Positions 8,917-19,634 of a DNA stretch of 64,000 nucleotides are shown piece after piece; the first letter of the stretch is position 1, and each line of letters starts with the position of its first letter. This DNA is from Myxococcales bacterium (GTDB lineage: Bacteria; Myxococcota_A; UBA9042; JABWCM01; BTVJ01). The notes below the pieces were generated by a model. The model was not told the DNA's origin. It saw nothing but the letters and a program-made list of their open reading frames with translations, and made no database searches. The stretch is taken from the NCBI GenBank assembly GCA_045863395.1, contig BTVJ01000005.1, positions 1 through 64,000 on the forward strand, written 5' to 3'. Position numbers and translations under genes: made by a program.

Positions 8917-9774
8917 TCAGTCCTCGTCCTCGTCGACCGCGTCCTCGTCGAACGCGTCGTCCAGGTCACGGACGTCCATGAAGTATTCATCGAGCGCGTC
9001 CTCGGCGGCGGTGGCGATCTCGTCGTTCTCGTGCTCGACGAGCGCGTGGAGCAGATCGTCCCCGCCATCGGGGCGAATCCCCGCAACAGCGTAGATCGCC
9101 TCCACCCGGAGGTCCTCCTCGGTGTCGTCCGACGCGGCCAGGGCCATGACCAGCTCCCCCGCGGCGGCGAGCTCGAGCTCGCCCGCGGCCTGGACCGCCT
9201 GGAGCCGCACATCCCCAGACGCGCTCCGGACGGCCTCCAGGACCTGCGCCTCGAAGCCCTGCAGGTGACCCATGCAGAACAGCGCCGTGACCCTCCAGTC
9301 CTCGTCGTCGCTTCCCGCGATGCTGCCGGTGGCGTCCTTCTGCCAGTCCATGGGGGAGCGCACCGACGCCTCGAGGGCGCGCCGGCGCACGAGCTTGGGC
9401 TGCGACTCGTCCTCGAACAGGCGGCGCAGCGTCTCCTGGGCGCGACCCAGTACTCGCGGGCCCAGGTGATCGCCGAGGCGGCCCCCGTCCGGGTCCCAGT
9501 CGTCGTCCAGGCACTCGTCCTCCAGCACCGGCCCGAAGGCGATGGCCGCAGCCGCGCGGACCTCCGGTGCGGCGTCGCTCTCCAGCAGCCGGAGCAGCTC
9601 CATGGCGATCTCCTCGTCCATGACGGGCCACGACAGGCGCACGGCGCGCTCGACCAGCGTCGGATCGCCGCTCTGGAGGCCCGCCCGGACGGTCGCCGCG
9701 GCGTCGCTCGGCCACATCTCGATGGTGCCGGTCTCGAGGGTCCCGAGGGCAGTGGACAGATCCGTGAGTGACAT
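8917..9774 (-). CDS. HEAT-repeat protein with acidic C-terminal tail
   Basis: Repeated 'EVRAAAA', 'VRRRALEA', 'DVRLQAVQAAGEL', 'DLRVEAIYAV'. GGAGG RBS before ATG 9774. Confidence 0.75.
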   Translation of the reverse strand: MSLTDLSTALGTLETGTIEMWPSDAAATVRAGLQSGDPTLVERAVRLSWPVMDEEIAMELLRLLESDAAPEVRAAAAIAFGPVLEDECLDDDWDPDGGRLGDHLGPRVLGRAQETLRRLFEDESQPKLVRRRALEASVRSPMDWQKDATGSIAGSDDEDWRVTALFCMGHLQGFEAQVLEAVRSASGDVRLQAVQAAGELELAAAGELVMALAASDDTEEDLRVEAIYAVAGIRPDGGDDLLHALVEHENDEIATAAEDALDEYFMDVRDLDDAFDEDAVDEDED

Positions 9775-9966
9775 GGACGCCTCCGTGGTGAAAGTGCGGG
9801 GCGCATCATGGCCCAAGGACCCGGCGCATTCAAGCGGAGACGACGCGCAAGGAAAGTGTCGCGGCGGGCCTTAAGGCGGCTCCCCGGGCGCCCGTTGCCG
9901 ATCTCGGGTGGTTCGGCCGGGCCCCAGCGCAGGGGGTACGGCCGCGATGTTCACAAGGAGCAGATC

Positions 9967-10848
9967 GTGACGGGCGGGATCTCGGTGAGCGTGGCGAGCG
10001 CCACACAGCAGTCCATCACCCCGGGCCTCCACGCGAAGCAGCTCGGGGGGCCAGAGGCCGTGGAGCGGGCCCGGGAGGGCGCCCGACGCGGCGCGGAGCA
10101 CACCCGCCTCCCCACTCGCGACGAGGCGGAGAAGGCGCGCTTCTCCGACGACCCCACCGAGACGAGCGCCGTTGGCGGGCGGGGGCTCTCCGACAAGGAG
10201 AAGGCCGCCGTCGAGGCGCTGAAGCAGCGCGACGCAGAGATCAGGGCCCACGAGGGGGCACACCTGGCGGCCGCGGGACAGTTCGCCATGGGCGGCGCGC
10301 GGTTCACCTACCGCCTGGGGCCCGACAACCGGCTCTACGCGGTCCACGGCGAGGTCCGCATCGACTCGAGCCCCATCCCCGGCGACCCCCACGCCACCCT
10401 GCAGAAGTCCGAGGTCGTGCGCCGGGCCGCGCTGGCGCCCGCCAACCCTTCCGCGGCCGACAAGGCCGCCGCCGCGCGCGCAGACCGCATGGCGAGGGCG
10501 GCCCGAGAGCAGATCGCAGAGCAGCAGGACGCGGAGTCGAAGCTCCAGCGAGGCGAGCTTGACCCGCTGGAGGCCGCCCTGATGGCGTCGGCGGCCCCGC
10601 GCGGCTCCGACGGGTCCTCGCTGCTCCCGAGCCCCGGCGAGGCGGAGGGCGCCCAGGCGGCGGGGACACCAACCTTCGGCGGCGCGGGCCCCATGGCGTC
10701 GGCCGAGGCGCCCGTCGATCCCGGTGGAGCGGCCTACAACGTCACCGACGCCCTGGAGACCTACGCGGTGATGGCCAGCGAGGCCTTCAACGCGTCCGCG
10801 TGCGGGAGCTGCAAGGAGTCCTGCCTGTGCAGCCGGGGTTATGCCTGA
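9967..10848 (+). CDS. SprA-related family protein (HExxH putative metalloprotein)
   Basis: 'LKQRDAEIRAHEGAH..GPDNRLYAVHGEV.ID..GDPHATLQK..AALAPANPS.AD'. AAGGAG RBS before GTG 9967. Confidence 0.85.
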   Translation: MTGGISVSVASATQQSITPGLHAKQLGGPEAVERAREGARRGAEHTRLPTRDEAEKARFSDDPTETSAVGGRGLSDKEKAAVEALKQRDAEIRAHEGAHLAAAGQFAMGGARFTYRLGPDNRLYAVHGEVRIDSSPIPGDPHATLQKSEVVRRAALAPANPSAADKAAAARADRMARAAREQIAEQQDAESKLQRGELDPLEAALMASAAPRGSDGSSLLPSPGEAEGAQAAGTPTFGGAGPMASAEAPVDPGGAAYNVTDALETYAVMASEAFNASACGSCKESCLCSRGYA

Positions 10849-10916
10849 CAGTGCATAACTGACGCCTTCCTCCGTCGGGGGTTCGTGCCCAGCCGGCACC
10901 CACGATGGAGGAAGTC

Positions 10917-11918
<1,002 letters not shown>

Positions 11919-11929
11919 CCAGCCCTTCG

Positions 11930-13168
11930 TCAGTCGGGCTGCCGCAGCCCGAAGGCGAGGAGCAGCGCCCCCCCCATGATGGCCGCGGACACCCAGAACG
12001 GGACGGCCGGCCCCACCTCGAACAGCACACCGGCCGCGGCCGGCCCCAGCACCCGCCCCAGCGCCGACATGGACTGGCCGAGGCCGAGCAGCTCTCCCTG
12101 GCCCCGCTCGCCCCCCGTGCGGGAGAGCAGGCTCATCAGCGACGGATTGTAGAGCGACGCGGCGACCGCCATTCCGACGGAGACCGGGAACATGAGGGCG
12201 AAGGGGCCCAAGGACGGGACCAGGGGGACGAGCGCCAGAGAGGCGGTCATCAGCGCGAGGCCGGGGAGCGTGAGCGAGCGCTCACCGAAGCGCTTGACCA
12301 GGCGGCCCACGAGCCCCCCCTGGATGGCGGCGCTCGTGAGCCCGATGACGATGAGGAGCTGGGTCATGAGCCAGGCGGCCTCCCGGTAGGCCTCCGAGTG
12401 GCGGTCGCCGGCAGCGCGCACGGAGCCGTCCACCCAGTGCACCTCGATGAAGAGCCCGAGGACCTGCTCCATGAGCGAGAAGGCGACGGTGATCGCCAGG
12501 AGCAGCGCCAGGAGCGTCCCGGTCTGCCGGCTGCGGAACGCGACGGCCAGCTCCTTGAGGGGGAGCGGGACGCGACGCTCCGCGTGGACCCGGTTGCCGG
12601 GGACCAGCGTCTCGGGGAGGCTCCTCCACGCGAAGAGCCAGTTGGCGGCGGACAGGCCCGCGGCCACCCAGATGGGCGTCGCCATGCCCAGCTGCCCGAA
12701 CAGCCCGCCGATCATGGGGCCGAGCACGAAGCCGAGCCCGAAGGCGGCGCCGATGAGGCCCATGCCCTTGGCGCGCTCCGCCGGCGTGGTGGTGTCGGCG
12801 ATGACCGCCTGGGCGGTCGCGATGTTGGCGTTGCCGAAGCCCGTCAGCATGCGGGCCAGGAAGAGCAGAGGGATGCTGTCCGCGAGCGCGAAGGCGACGT
12901 AGCCAGTGATCGACGCAGCGATACTGACCAGGATCACCGGTCGCCGCCCGATGCGGTCGGAGAGCCGCCCCCACATGGGGATGAACAGGAGCTGCATCAG
13001 CGAGTAGGACCCGCCGAGCAGGGTCACGACGGTCGGGGAGGCGCCGTAGGCCTCCGCGTAGAAGGGCTGGATGGGGATGATGATCCCGAAGCCCAGCAGA
13101 TCCATGAAGACGGTCAGGAAGACGACGAGCAGGGGGCTCCGCCCTCCGCCGCGCTGCGCCTCACTCAA
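11930..13168 (-). CDS. MFS transporter, TetA/DHA1-like
   Basis: 'FMDLLGFGIIIP', motif A 'WGRLSDRIGRRPV', 'AQAVIADTT..ERAKGMGLIGAAFGLGFVLGP'. Confidence 0.92.
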   Translation of the reverse strand: MSEAQRGGGRSPLLVVFLTVFMDLLGFGIIIPIQPFYAEAYGASPTVVTLLGGSYSLMQLLFIPMWGRLSDRIGRRPVILVSIAASITGYVAFALADSIPLLFLARMLTGFGNANIATAQAVIADTTTPAERAKGMGLIGAAFGLGFVLGPMIGGLFGQLGMATPIWVAAGLSAANWLFAWRSLPETLVPGNRVHAERRVPLPLKELAVAFRSRQTGTLLALLLAITVAFSLMEQVLGLFIEVHWVDGSVRAAGDRHSEAYREAAWLMTQLLIVIGLTSAAIQGGLVGRLVKRFGERSLTLPGLALMTASLALVPLVPSLGPFALMFPVSVGMAVAASLYNPSLMSLLSRTGGERGQGELLGLGQSMSALGRVLGPAAAGVLFEVGPAVPFWVSAAIMGGALLLAFGLRQPD

Positions 13169-13227
13169 TGACGTCGCCTCCGGTGTCGGGGGCCGCGAAC
13201 GTACCGGGGGAGGGGGACAAAGGCAAG

Positions 13228-13680
13228 TCAGCGGTACTGGTAGTGCTCGGTATACAACGAAAACGCGGCGAGGGAGGCGCGCGGATCCTGGTCCTCACGC
13301 AGGACGAAGGCGTTGGCCCCGGAGCGGGCCAGATACAAGAGCTGGTCGCGCAGCACGTCCCCCGTGACCAGGATGGTGCCGCCGTAGCCCCAGAGGCGGC
13401 GCAGCCGGACCGCGTGGGAGTAGACGCGACCATCGGTGAACTTGGGCAGCGGGAGGGCCACGAAGGGGACATCCGAGAGGTGAGCCCTCAACGGAGCGAC
13501 GTCCTCGTCGCCACGCACCACGACGCCGACCCCATCGAGGGGGGCGCCCACCTCCCGGAGCCGGAGCCAGTCCGTCAACGGGATCGCCGTGTCGGGCCCG
13601 AGGGCGAGGCCGTCGGGGGCGGAGTCGAGCACCGTGAACCGCAGGGGGACCACCTGACCGTCGAGGATCATCTCACGCAT
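13228..13680 (-). CDS. DUF934 family protein (sulfite reductase associated)
   Basis: 'PKFTDGRVYSHAVRLR..GDVLRDQLLYLARSG..F..YQ'. GGAGG RBS. Usual position after cysI. Confidence 0.88.
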   Translation of the reverse strand: MREMILDGQVVPLRFTVLDSAPDGLALGPDTAIPLTDWLRLREVGAPLDGVGVVVRGDEDVAPLRAHLSDVPFVALPLPKFTDGRVYSHAVRLRRLWGYGGTILVTGDVLRDQLLYLARSGANAFVLREDQDPRASLAAFSLYTEHYQYR

Positions 13681-13715
13681 GGGGCGCCTCCGATGGTGGG
13701 GCTTGAGGCAGGACG

Positions 13716-15371
13716 TCACGCATAGACCGCCTCCTTGAAGGGCTGCAAGCCCACGCGGCGGACGACCTGCAGGAACGTCTCGGTCCCGTCGCGCTGCTCC
13801 ACGAAGCAGTCCACGATGCGGTCGACCGCCGTGACGACGTCGTCCTGGGCCACCGCGGGGCCCAACACGGCGCCCAGGCTCGCCGGATCGCCGTCATCGG
13901 TGCCCGGGGAGCCGCCGAGCTGGATCTGGTAGTACTCCTCCCCCTGCTTGTCGATGCCCAACAGCCCGATGTGCCCCACGTGGTGGTGACCGCAGGCGTT
14001 GATGCACCCGGACATCTTGATGTCGAGCGGGCCCAGCTCGTAGGCCTCGTCCAGGTCGGCGAAGCGCTCGATGAGCGCCTTGGACACGGGGATGGAGCTG
14101 GCGTTGGCCAGCGAGCAGAAGTCCAGGCCCGGGCAGCAGATGATGTCCTGGATGGTGCCGATGTTGGGGGTCGCGAGGCCGACTGCCGCGAGGCCGTCGT
14201 ACAGCGCGCCCAGGTCCTCGTTGCGGATGTACTGGAACAGCAGGTTCTGCTCGTAGGTCGCCGAGATGTAGCCCTGGTTGAAGCGGTCCATCAGGTCGGC
14301 CACGGCGTCGAACTCCGCGGCGAAGAGGTCACCGGTCGGCACGCCCTGGCGCTTCAGCGAGGCGTAGACGGCGTTGTAGCCCGGCACCTTGTGCGGCTTG
14401 ACGTTGCGCTCCAGCCACCGCGCGAACGGCCGGTCCGTGGCGGCCCGCTCCGCGTGGGCGCTGCTCTCCGCGGCCAGCGGGTCCCACACCACGTCGTCGA
14501 AGGACGCGGCCACCTCGCGGACCCGGTCCATGTCCATCTTCCGGTCGGGGATCTGCTCGAGCTCGGCGGCGACCTCCTCCCGGAAGCGCTCGATGCCGAT
14601 CTCGCCGACCAGGATCTTGATGCGCGCCTTGAACTTGTTGTCGCGGCGCCCGTGCAGGTTGTAGACGCGCAGGATGGCCTCGCACCAGGCGATCAGCTCG
14701 TCGAGGGGGGCCCACTCGGTCACGACCTGCGCCAGCCGCGGGGTGCGCCCGAGCCCGCCGCCGGCCAGGATCCGCCACCCGAGCTCGCCGTCCGCGTTGC
14801 GCACGGCCCGCACGCCGATGTCGTGGATGGACGTGGCCGCGCGGTCCGTCGCCGAGCCCGAGATGGCGATCTTGAACTTGCGCGGCAGGTACATGAACTC
14901 GGGGTGCAGCGTCGAGTACTGGCGCAGGACCTCGCACCAGGGGCGCGGGTCGAGCAGCTCGTCTCCCGCGATGCCCGCGAAGGGGTCCGACGTGATGTTG
15001 CGCACGCAGTTGCCGCTGGTCTGGATGGCGTGCATCTCCACGTCCGCGAGGTGCCCGAGGATGTCGGGCGCCTCCTCCAGCTTGATCCAGTTGAGCTGGA
15101 GGTTCTGGCGTGTCGTGAAGTGGCCGTAGCCTCGGTCGTACTGCTCCGCGATCCACCCGAGCTTGCGCACCTGGTCGCTGTTGAGGAGCCCGTACGGGAT
15201 GGCGATGCGCAGCATGTAGGCGTGGCGTTGCAGGTAGAGGCCGTTCATCAGCCGGAGCGGGCGCAGCTCGTCCTCGGAGAGCTGGCCCGCGAGCCGGCGC
15301 GCCACCTGCCCGCGGAACTCCTCGACGCGCTCCCGCACGAAGCGCGCGTCCATGGGGCTGTATCGGTACAT
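13716..15371 (-). CDS. cysI: Nitrite/sulfite reductase hemoprotein subunit (CysI/Sir type)
   Basis: 'LRLMNGLYLQRHAYMLR', 'GHFTTRQN', 'LPRKFKIA', Cys ligands 'CCPGLDFC' and 'SGCINACG'. AGGAGG RBS. Confidence 0.92.
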   Translation of the reverse strand: MYRYSPMDARFVRERVEEFRGQVARRLAGQLSEDELRPLRLMNGLYLQRHAYMLRIAIPYGLLNSDQVRKLGWIAEQYDRGYGHFTTRQNLQLNWIKLEEAPDILGHLADVEMHAIQTSGNCVRNITSDPFAGIAGDELLDPRPWCEVLRQYSTLHPEFMYLPRKFKIAISGSATDRAATSIHDIGVRAVRNADGELGWRILAGGGLGRTPRLAQVVTEWAPLDELIAWCEAILRVYNLHGRRDNKFKARIKILVGEIGIERFREEVAAELEQIPDRKMDMDRVREVAASFDDVVWDPLAAESSAHAERAATDRPFARWLERNVKPHKVPGYNAVYASLKRQGVPTGDLFAAEFDAVADLMDRFNQGYISATYEQNLLFQYIRNEDLGALYDGLAAVGLATPNIGTIQDIICCPGLDFCSLANASSIPVSKALIERFADLDEAYELGPLDIKMSGCINACGHHHVGHIGLLGIDKQGEEYYQIQLGGSPGTDDGDPASLGAVLGPAVAQDDVVTAVDRIVDCFVEQRDGTETFLQVVRRVGLQPFKEAVYA

Positions 15372-15417
15372 GGATGACCTCCTGGTCGACGGGACACACC
15401 ATAGCTCCAGCGCGACC

Positions 15418-15463
15418 ATAAACAGAATGGATTTTCATTATCACGAGCATAGACTTGTTCAAT
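15418..15463. promoter_or_regulatory. Paired LysR-type T-N11-A boxes in the AT-rich divergent promoter
   Basis: ATAAACAGAATGGAT (15418-15432) and ATAGACTTGTTCAAT (15449-15463). The second overlaps the LysR start codon. Confidence 0.65.
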
Positions 15464-16406
15464 GGACTTTCCCTTCACGCTCCAGCAGCTCCAGGTGTTC
15501 GCGGCGGTGGCGTCGGCGGGCACGGTCACCGCGGCGGCCCGGACGCTGTACCTCACGCAGCCCGCCGCCACCCAGTCCATCCGGGAGCTGGAGCGGCGCC
15601 TGGGCGTGCCGCTGTTCGAGCGGGTGCGGAACCGGCTGGTGCTGACGCCGGAGGGTGAGACCTTCCTCGGGCGGGCCCTCGACCTGCTGGAGCTCGCCGG
15701 GGAGGCGGCCGCGTCGGTTCGGGAGGCGCTCGGCGGGACCCTGCGCCTCGGAGCGAGCACCACCATCGGCAACTACCTGCTGCCGGAGCCGCTCGGCGCC
15801 TTCGTCGGGCAGCACCCGGCCGTGCGCGTCGAGCTGTCCGTGGACAACTCCCGGCGCATCGTGGCCGGCGTGCTCGCCCAGGAGACCCCGAGCGCCTTGA
15901 TCGAGGGACCCTGCTCCCACCCGGACATCGTCATGGAGCGCCTGCTGCCCGACGAGCTGGTCATCGTGTGCCACCCGGCGCACGCGTGGGCGGGGCGCGA
16001 CGACGTGGCGCCCGGCGCCCTGGCCGAGGGACGCTTCATCCTGCGGGAGCCCGGCTCGGGGACCCGGGACGTCATCGAGGAGGTGCTCGGGCGGCACGAG
16101 CTGCGACTCCAGAGCGGGCTGGTGTTCGGTCACACGGAGGCCATCAAGACGGCGGTGGAGGCGGGGCTCGGGGTGTCCATCCTGAGCCTGGCGGCCTGCC
16201 GGCGCGAGGTGCGGGCCGGGCTGCTGGCGGTTGCGCGCATGGATGGGATCACGCTCGACCGCTGGTTTCATGCCATCCGCTTGCGGGGGCGCCGCGTGCC
16301 GCCCCTGTTCCAGGCCTTCCGGGAGTGGCTCGGGCGTTTTGTTGGAGAGGCCGGGACCCCTGCGGTATCTTCCCCCGATGCGACCGGACCCGGAGGTTCT
16401 CGATGA
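15462..16406 (+). CDS. LysR family regulator (CysL/YeiE-like)
   Basis: 'TLQQLQVF..VTAAARTLYLTQPA', 'LRLGASTTIGNYLLP', 'ILREPGSGTR', 'TEAIKTAVEAGLG'. Confidence 0.93.
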   Translation: MDFPFTLQQLQVFAAVASAGTVTAAARTLYLTQPAATQSIRELERRLGVPLFERVRNRLVLTPEGETFLGRALDLLELAGEAAASVREALGGTLRLGASTTIGNYLLPEPLGAFVGQHPAVRVELSVDNSRRIVAGVLAQETPSALIEGPCSHPDIVMERLLPDELVIVCHPAHAWAGRDDVAPGALAEGRFILREPGSGTRDVIEEVLGRHELRLQSGLVFGHTEAIKTAVEAGLGVSILSLAACRREVRAGLLAVARMDGITLDRWFHAIRLRGRRVPPLFQAFREWLGRFVGEAGTPAVSSPDATGPGGSR

Positions 16407-17605
16407 TGGGCGTGGGCATGGCAGAGATCGTCGTCCTCTTCGGGCTCCTCGGGGGCATGCTGGGCGGCCCCCCAGGGGAGCTCAAGGCCCCGCGGGACGG
16501 AGTAGAGCAGGCCGTCAAGTGGGTGCTGCCCGATGCGCACGTCGCCGTCTACGTAGACGTGGAGGCGTCCATCGGCGCCGGCTTCGCGCTGCTGGACGAG
16601 CTCGAGCGGCTGCCCGTGCTCGCGGGCGCGCCGGAGCTGGGCGAGGCGCTCCGGGAGATGCGCCGCTCGGTGGAGTCGGGGCTCGCGGACGTTCAGCGCG
16701 ACATGGGCATCGACGCGCGCCATGGGATCGGTGACGTGACGCTGAGCTTGTCGTTCTCGCAGGCAGGAGAGCCCCGGTTTCTGGCGCGGGTGCGCGGGAG
16801 GTTTCCCGCGGGCGACGTGATCAAGCGAGTCGCCGGCGAGGGGGCCGCCACCGAGCTGCTCCACGGCACCACGATGACCACCCTGGAGGATGGCCCAAGC
16901 GACAAGCTCGTCGCCGGCGCCCTGGACGAGACCACCCTGGTGGTGGGGCCCCGCTCCACCCTGGACGAGCTGCTCGGCGGGCGCCCGTTTCCCGCGACGG
17001 AGGGCTCGGCCGGCGGGCGGCTCGCCAAGGTGACCTCCAAGAAGACCGGGTCCTTCGTCTACCTGGCCCCGCCCGCGTGGCTCGCCGGGGAGATGCGGCA
17101 GGAGGCCGAGCTGGCGAACCTCGCACGCTTCGTGGACGGGGTGGACTTCGTCGTGTGGGCCGCGACGCCCGACAGGGCGCTGCTGCGGGCCGGGACGCGC
17201 ACGGATGAGGCCGCGAGGCGGGTCGAGCTGCTGCTGCGGGCGGCGGCCGCGATGCTCGCCGCCTTCGACCCCCTGACCGACGCGCTGACCCTGGGCGCGG
17301 CGGCGGTTCTCCCCCTGGTCACGGAGCGGGAGCTGGGCACGGAGCTCCACCGCATGGTCTCCGACGAGCAAGGCATGGCCGAGTTCGGCACATGGGCCAA
17401 GAAGCGCTTCGGGGGCAAGGGCAAGATCACGCGGGACGCGAAGAAGGGGACCGTGGACCTGGAGCTCTCCAACCCAGCGAGCCTCCCTGCGCTCGCGCTG
17501 CCGCTCCTGTCGGGCATGGCGGTGCTGCGGGGAGGGCCGATGTCCTACGAGGAGGCTCCCCTGGAGGTCGCTCCACCGGTGATCGATGAGCCCACCGACC
17601 CGTGA
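16403..17605 (+). CDS. Hypothetical exported/membrane-anchored protein
   Basis: GGAGG RBS, ATGA overlap with the LysR stop, hydrophobic N-terminus, host-like codon usage. No family recognised. Confidence 0.65.
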   Translation: MMGVGMAEIVVLFGLLGGMLGGPPGELKAPRDGVEQAVKWVLPDAHVAVYVDVEASIGAGFALLDELERLPVLAGAPELGEALREMRRSVESGLADVQRDMGIDARHGIGDVTLSLSFSQAGEPRFLARVRGRFPAGDVIKRVAGEGAATELLHGTTMTTLEDGPSDKLVAGALDETTLVVGPRSTLDELLGGRPFPATEGSAGGRLAKVTSKKTGSFVYLAPPAWLAGEMRQEAELANLARFVDGVDFVVWAATPDRALLRAGTRTDEAARRVELLLRAAAAMLAAFDPLTDALTLGAAAVLPLVTERELGTELHRMVSDEQGMAEFGTWAKKRFGGKGKITRDAKKGTVDLELSNPASLPALALPLLSGMAVLRGGPMSYEEAPLEVAPPVIDEPTDP

Positions 17606-17647
17606 CCCAGGTTTGCTCGCGTGCGTCGGGAGGGTAGACTGCCGGCC

Positions 17648-18736
17648 ATGCGTATCTACCTCGACCACAACGCCACCACTCCCGTAGCCCCCGCGGTGCG
17701 CGACGCGGTGCTGCCGCTGCTCGGTGAGCGCTTCGGCAACCCGTCGAGCGGCCACCGGGAGGGGCGGGACGCGCGGGAGCTGCTCGACGGCGCGCGGCGG
17801 CAGGTGGCGGCGGCCTTCGGGGCACGCCCGACGGAGGTGCTCTTCACGTCGTCCGGGACGGAGGCCATCCACGCGGCGATTCGGGGCGTGGCGGCTGGTG
17901 GGCACGTGGTGACCAGCGCCGTCGAGCACGCGGCCACCTTCGAGGCGTGGCCCCATGCGACCCGGATTGGAGTCGATCGGCGCGGCGTCTGGGACGTCGC
18001 GGCGGTCGTCGACGCGGTGCGGCCGGACACGAAGCTGGTCAGCCTCATGCACGCCAACAACGAGACCGGGGCCATGCTACCCGTGGCAGAGGTGGGGCGC
18101 GCGCTGCGGGAGCGAGGCGTGCTGCTGCACGTGGACGCGGTGCAGAGCGCGGGGAAGGTGCCGGTGTCGCTGGACGGGCTCTGCTGCGACCTGCTCTCCG
18201 TGAGCGGGCACAAGCTCTACGGGCTCAAGGGGGCTGGTGCCCTGATCGTTCGCCACGGCGTGCGCCTCACGCCGCTCATCGCGGGGCACCAGGAGCGAGG
18301 GCGGCGCGGCGGCACGGAGAACCTCATCGGCGTGGTCGGTCTCGGCGCCGCGTGCGCGCGCGTCGGGGAGCTGATCGCGGCCATGCCGCGCGTCGCCGCG
18401 CTGCGGGACCGCCTCCAGGCCGGGGTGGAGGCCCTCGGGGGCATCGTGCACGGGGCGGAGGTGGAGCGCACCGCCAACACGTTGTCGGCGCGGTTCCCTG
18501 GCGTGGACGGGGAGTCCCTGCTGCTGCACCTCGATCTCGCGGGCATCGCCGCCAGCAGCGGCAGCGCCTGCACGACGGGCGACACGCGGCCCTCCCACGT
18601 GCTCCTGGCCATGGGGCTCGGCCCAGCCGAGGCGCACGGGGCGCTGCGCCTGTCGCTCGGGGTGGGGACGACTGAGGGCGAAGTAGACGCGACCCTGGAA
18701 GCGCTCGCAGACATCCTGCCCCGCGTGAGGGACTGA
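17648..18736 (+). CDS. Cysteine desulfurase (IscS/NifS family)
   Basis: 'IYLDHNATTP', 'FGNPSS', 'HANNETG', PLP Lys 'SGHKLYG', catalytic 'SSGSACT'. Confidence 0.95.
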   Translation: MRIYLDHNATTPVAPAVRDAVLPLLGERFGNPSSGHREGRDARELLDGARRQVAAAFGARPTEVLFTSSGTEAIHAAIRGVAAGGHVVTSAVEHAATFEAWPHATRIGVDRRGVWDVAAVVDAVRPDTKLVSLMHANNETGAMLPVAEVGRALRERGVLLHVDAVQSAGKVPVSLDGLCCDLLSVSGHKLYGLKGAGALIVRHGVRLTPLIAGHQERGRRGGTENLIGVVGLGAACARVGELIAAMPRVAALRDRLQAGVEALGGIVHGAEVERTANTLSARFPGVDGESLLLHLDLAGIAASSGSACTTGDTRPSHVLLAMGLGPAEAHGALRLSLGVGTTEGEVDATLEALADILPRVRD

Positions 18737-18737
18737 G

Positions 18738-19550
18738 ATGGACAGGGTGCTCCGCGAGGCGCTGCGCGTGCAGGAGGAGGGGCTGCGGGCCGCCATGGCC
18801 ACCGTGGTCGCCGTCAAGGGCCACGCGCCGCAGGTGGTGGGGGCCCGCATGGTCGTCCACCCGGATGGGCGCATCGTCGGCACCATCGGCGGCGGGCGTG
18901 TCGAGCAGGTCGTCATCGAGCGCGCGCTGGAGGTCATCGCGCGCGGTGAGGCGGAGCTGGCGTCGTTCCAGCTCAAGGCCGAGCTCGGGATGTGCTGCGG
19001 AGGGCAGATGGACGTGTTCGTGGAGCCGCTCGCCGGCGCGCCGCGCCTGCTGATCTTCGGCGCCGGCCACGTGGCGCAGCCGACCGCGCGCCTGGCGGCG
19101 TCCTGCGGGTTCGCCGTCACCGTGGTCGACGACCGCCCGGACTGGTGCTCGGAAGAGCGCTTCCCGGACGCGGAGCGAGCGGTCATGCCCTTCGAGGACT
19201 TCCTGGCGGAGGTGCGCTTCCGGGCGTCGGACTTCGTGGTCATCGCGACTCCCAACCACGAGCACGACCGGGACGTGCTGGCCGCCACGGCGCCGTCCGT
19301 GGTGGCGTATGTCGGGATGATCGGCAGCAGCCGCAAGGTCGAGAAGACCCTGCTGCAGCTGAAGGTGGCTGGGATCGACGAGGCCGCGCTGGCGCGCGTG
19401 CACGCCCCCATCGGGCTCGACATCCTCGCGGAGACCCCCGACGAGATCGCCGTGTCCATCGTGGGCGAGCTGATCCGACACCGGCGGTCGGCGACGTCGC
19501 GCAAGAAGACGCGCGGCGCGACCGTCGCGACGCTGCGGGACCAGGGGTGA
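18738..19550 (+). CDS. xdhC: Xanthine dehydrogenase accessory protein XdhC
   Basis: 'GTIGGG..E', 'LGMCCGG', 'IFGAGHVA', 'YVGMIGS..K', 'PIGLDI.AETPDEIAVSI'. Confidence 0.93.
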   Translation: MDRVLREALRVQEEGLRAAMATVVAVKGHAPQVVGARMVVHPDGRIVGTIGGGRVEQVVIERALEVIARGEAELASFQLKAELGMCCGGQMDVFVEPLAGAPRLLIFGAGHVAQPTARLAASCGFAVTVVDDRPDWCSEERFPDAERAVMPFEDFLAEVRFRASDFVVIATPNHEHDRDVLAATAPSVVAYVGMIGSSRKVEKTLLQLKVAGIDEAALARVHAPIGLDILAETPDEIAVSIVGELIRHRRSATSRKKTRGATVATLRDQG

Positions 19551-19634
19551 CGAGGTGGGACCTCCTCTCGGGGGGCCTCGAGGGCTCGCCGTTCCGTGAT
19601 ACATTCGGGCTCGATCTACCGACACAGGAGCGCC

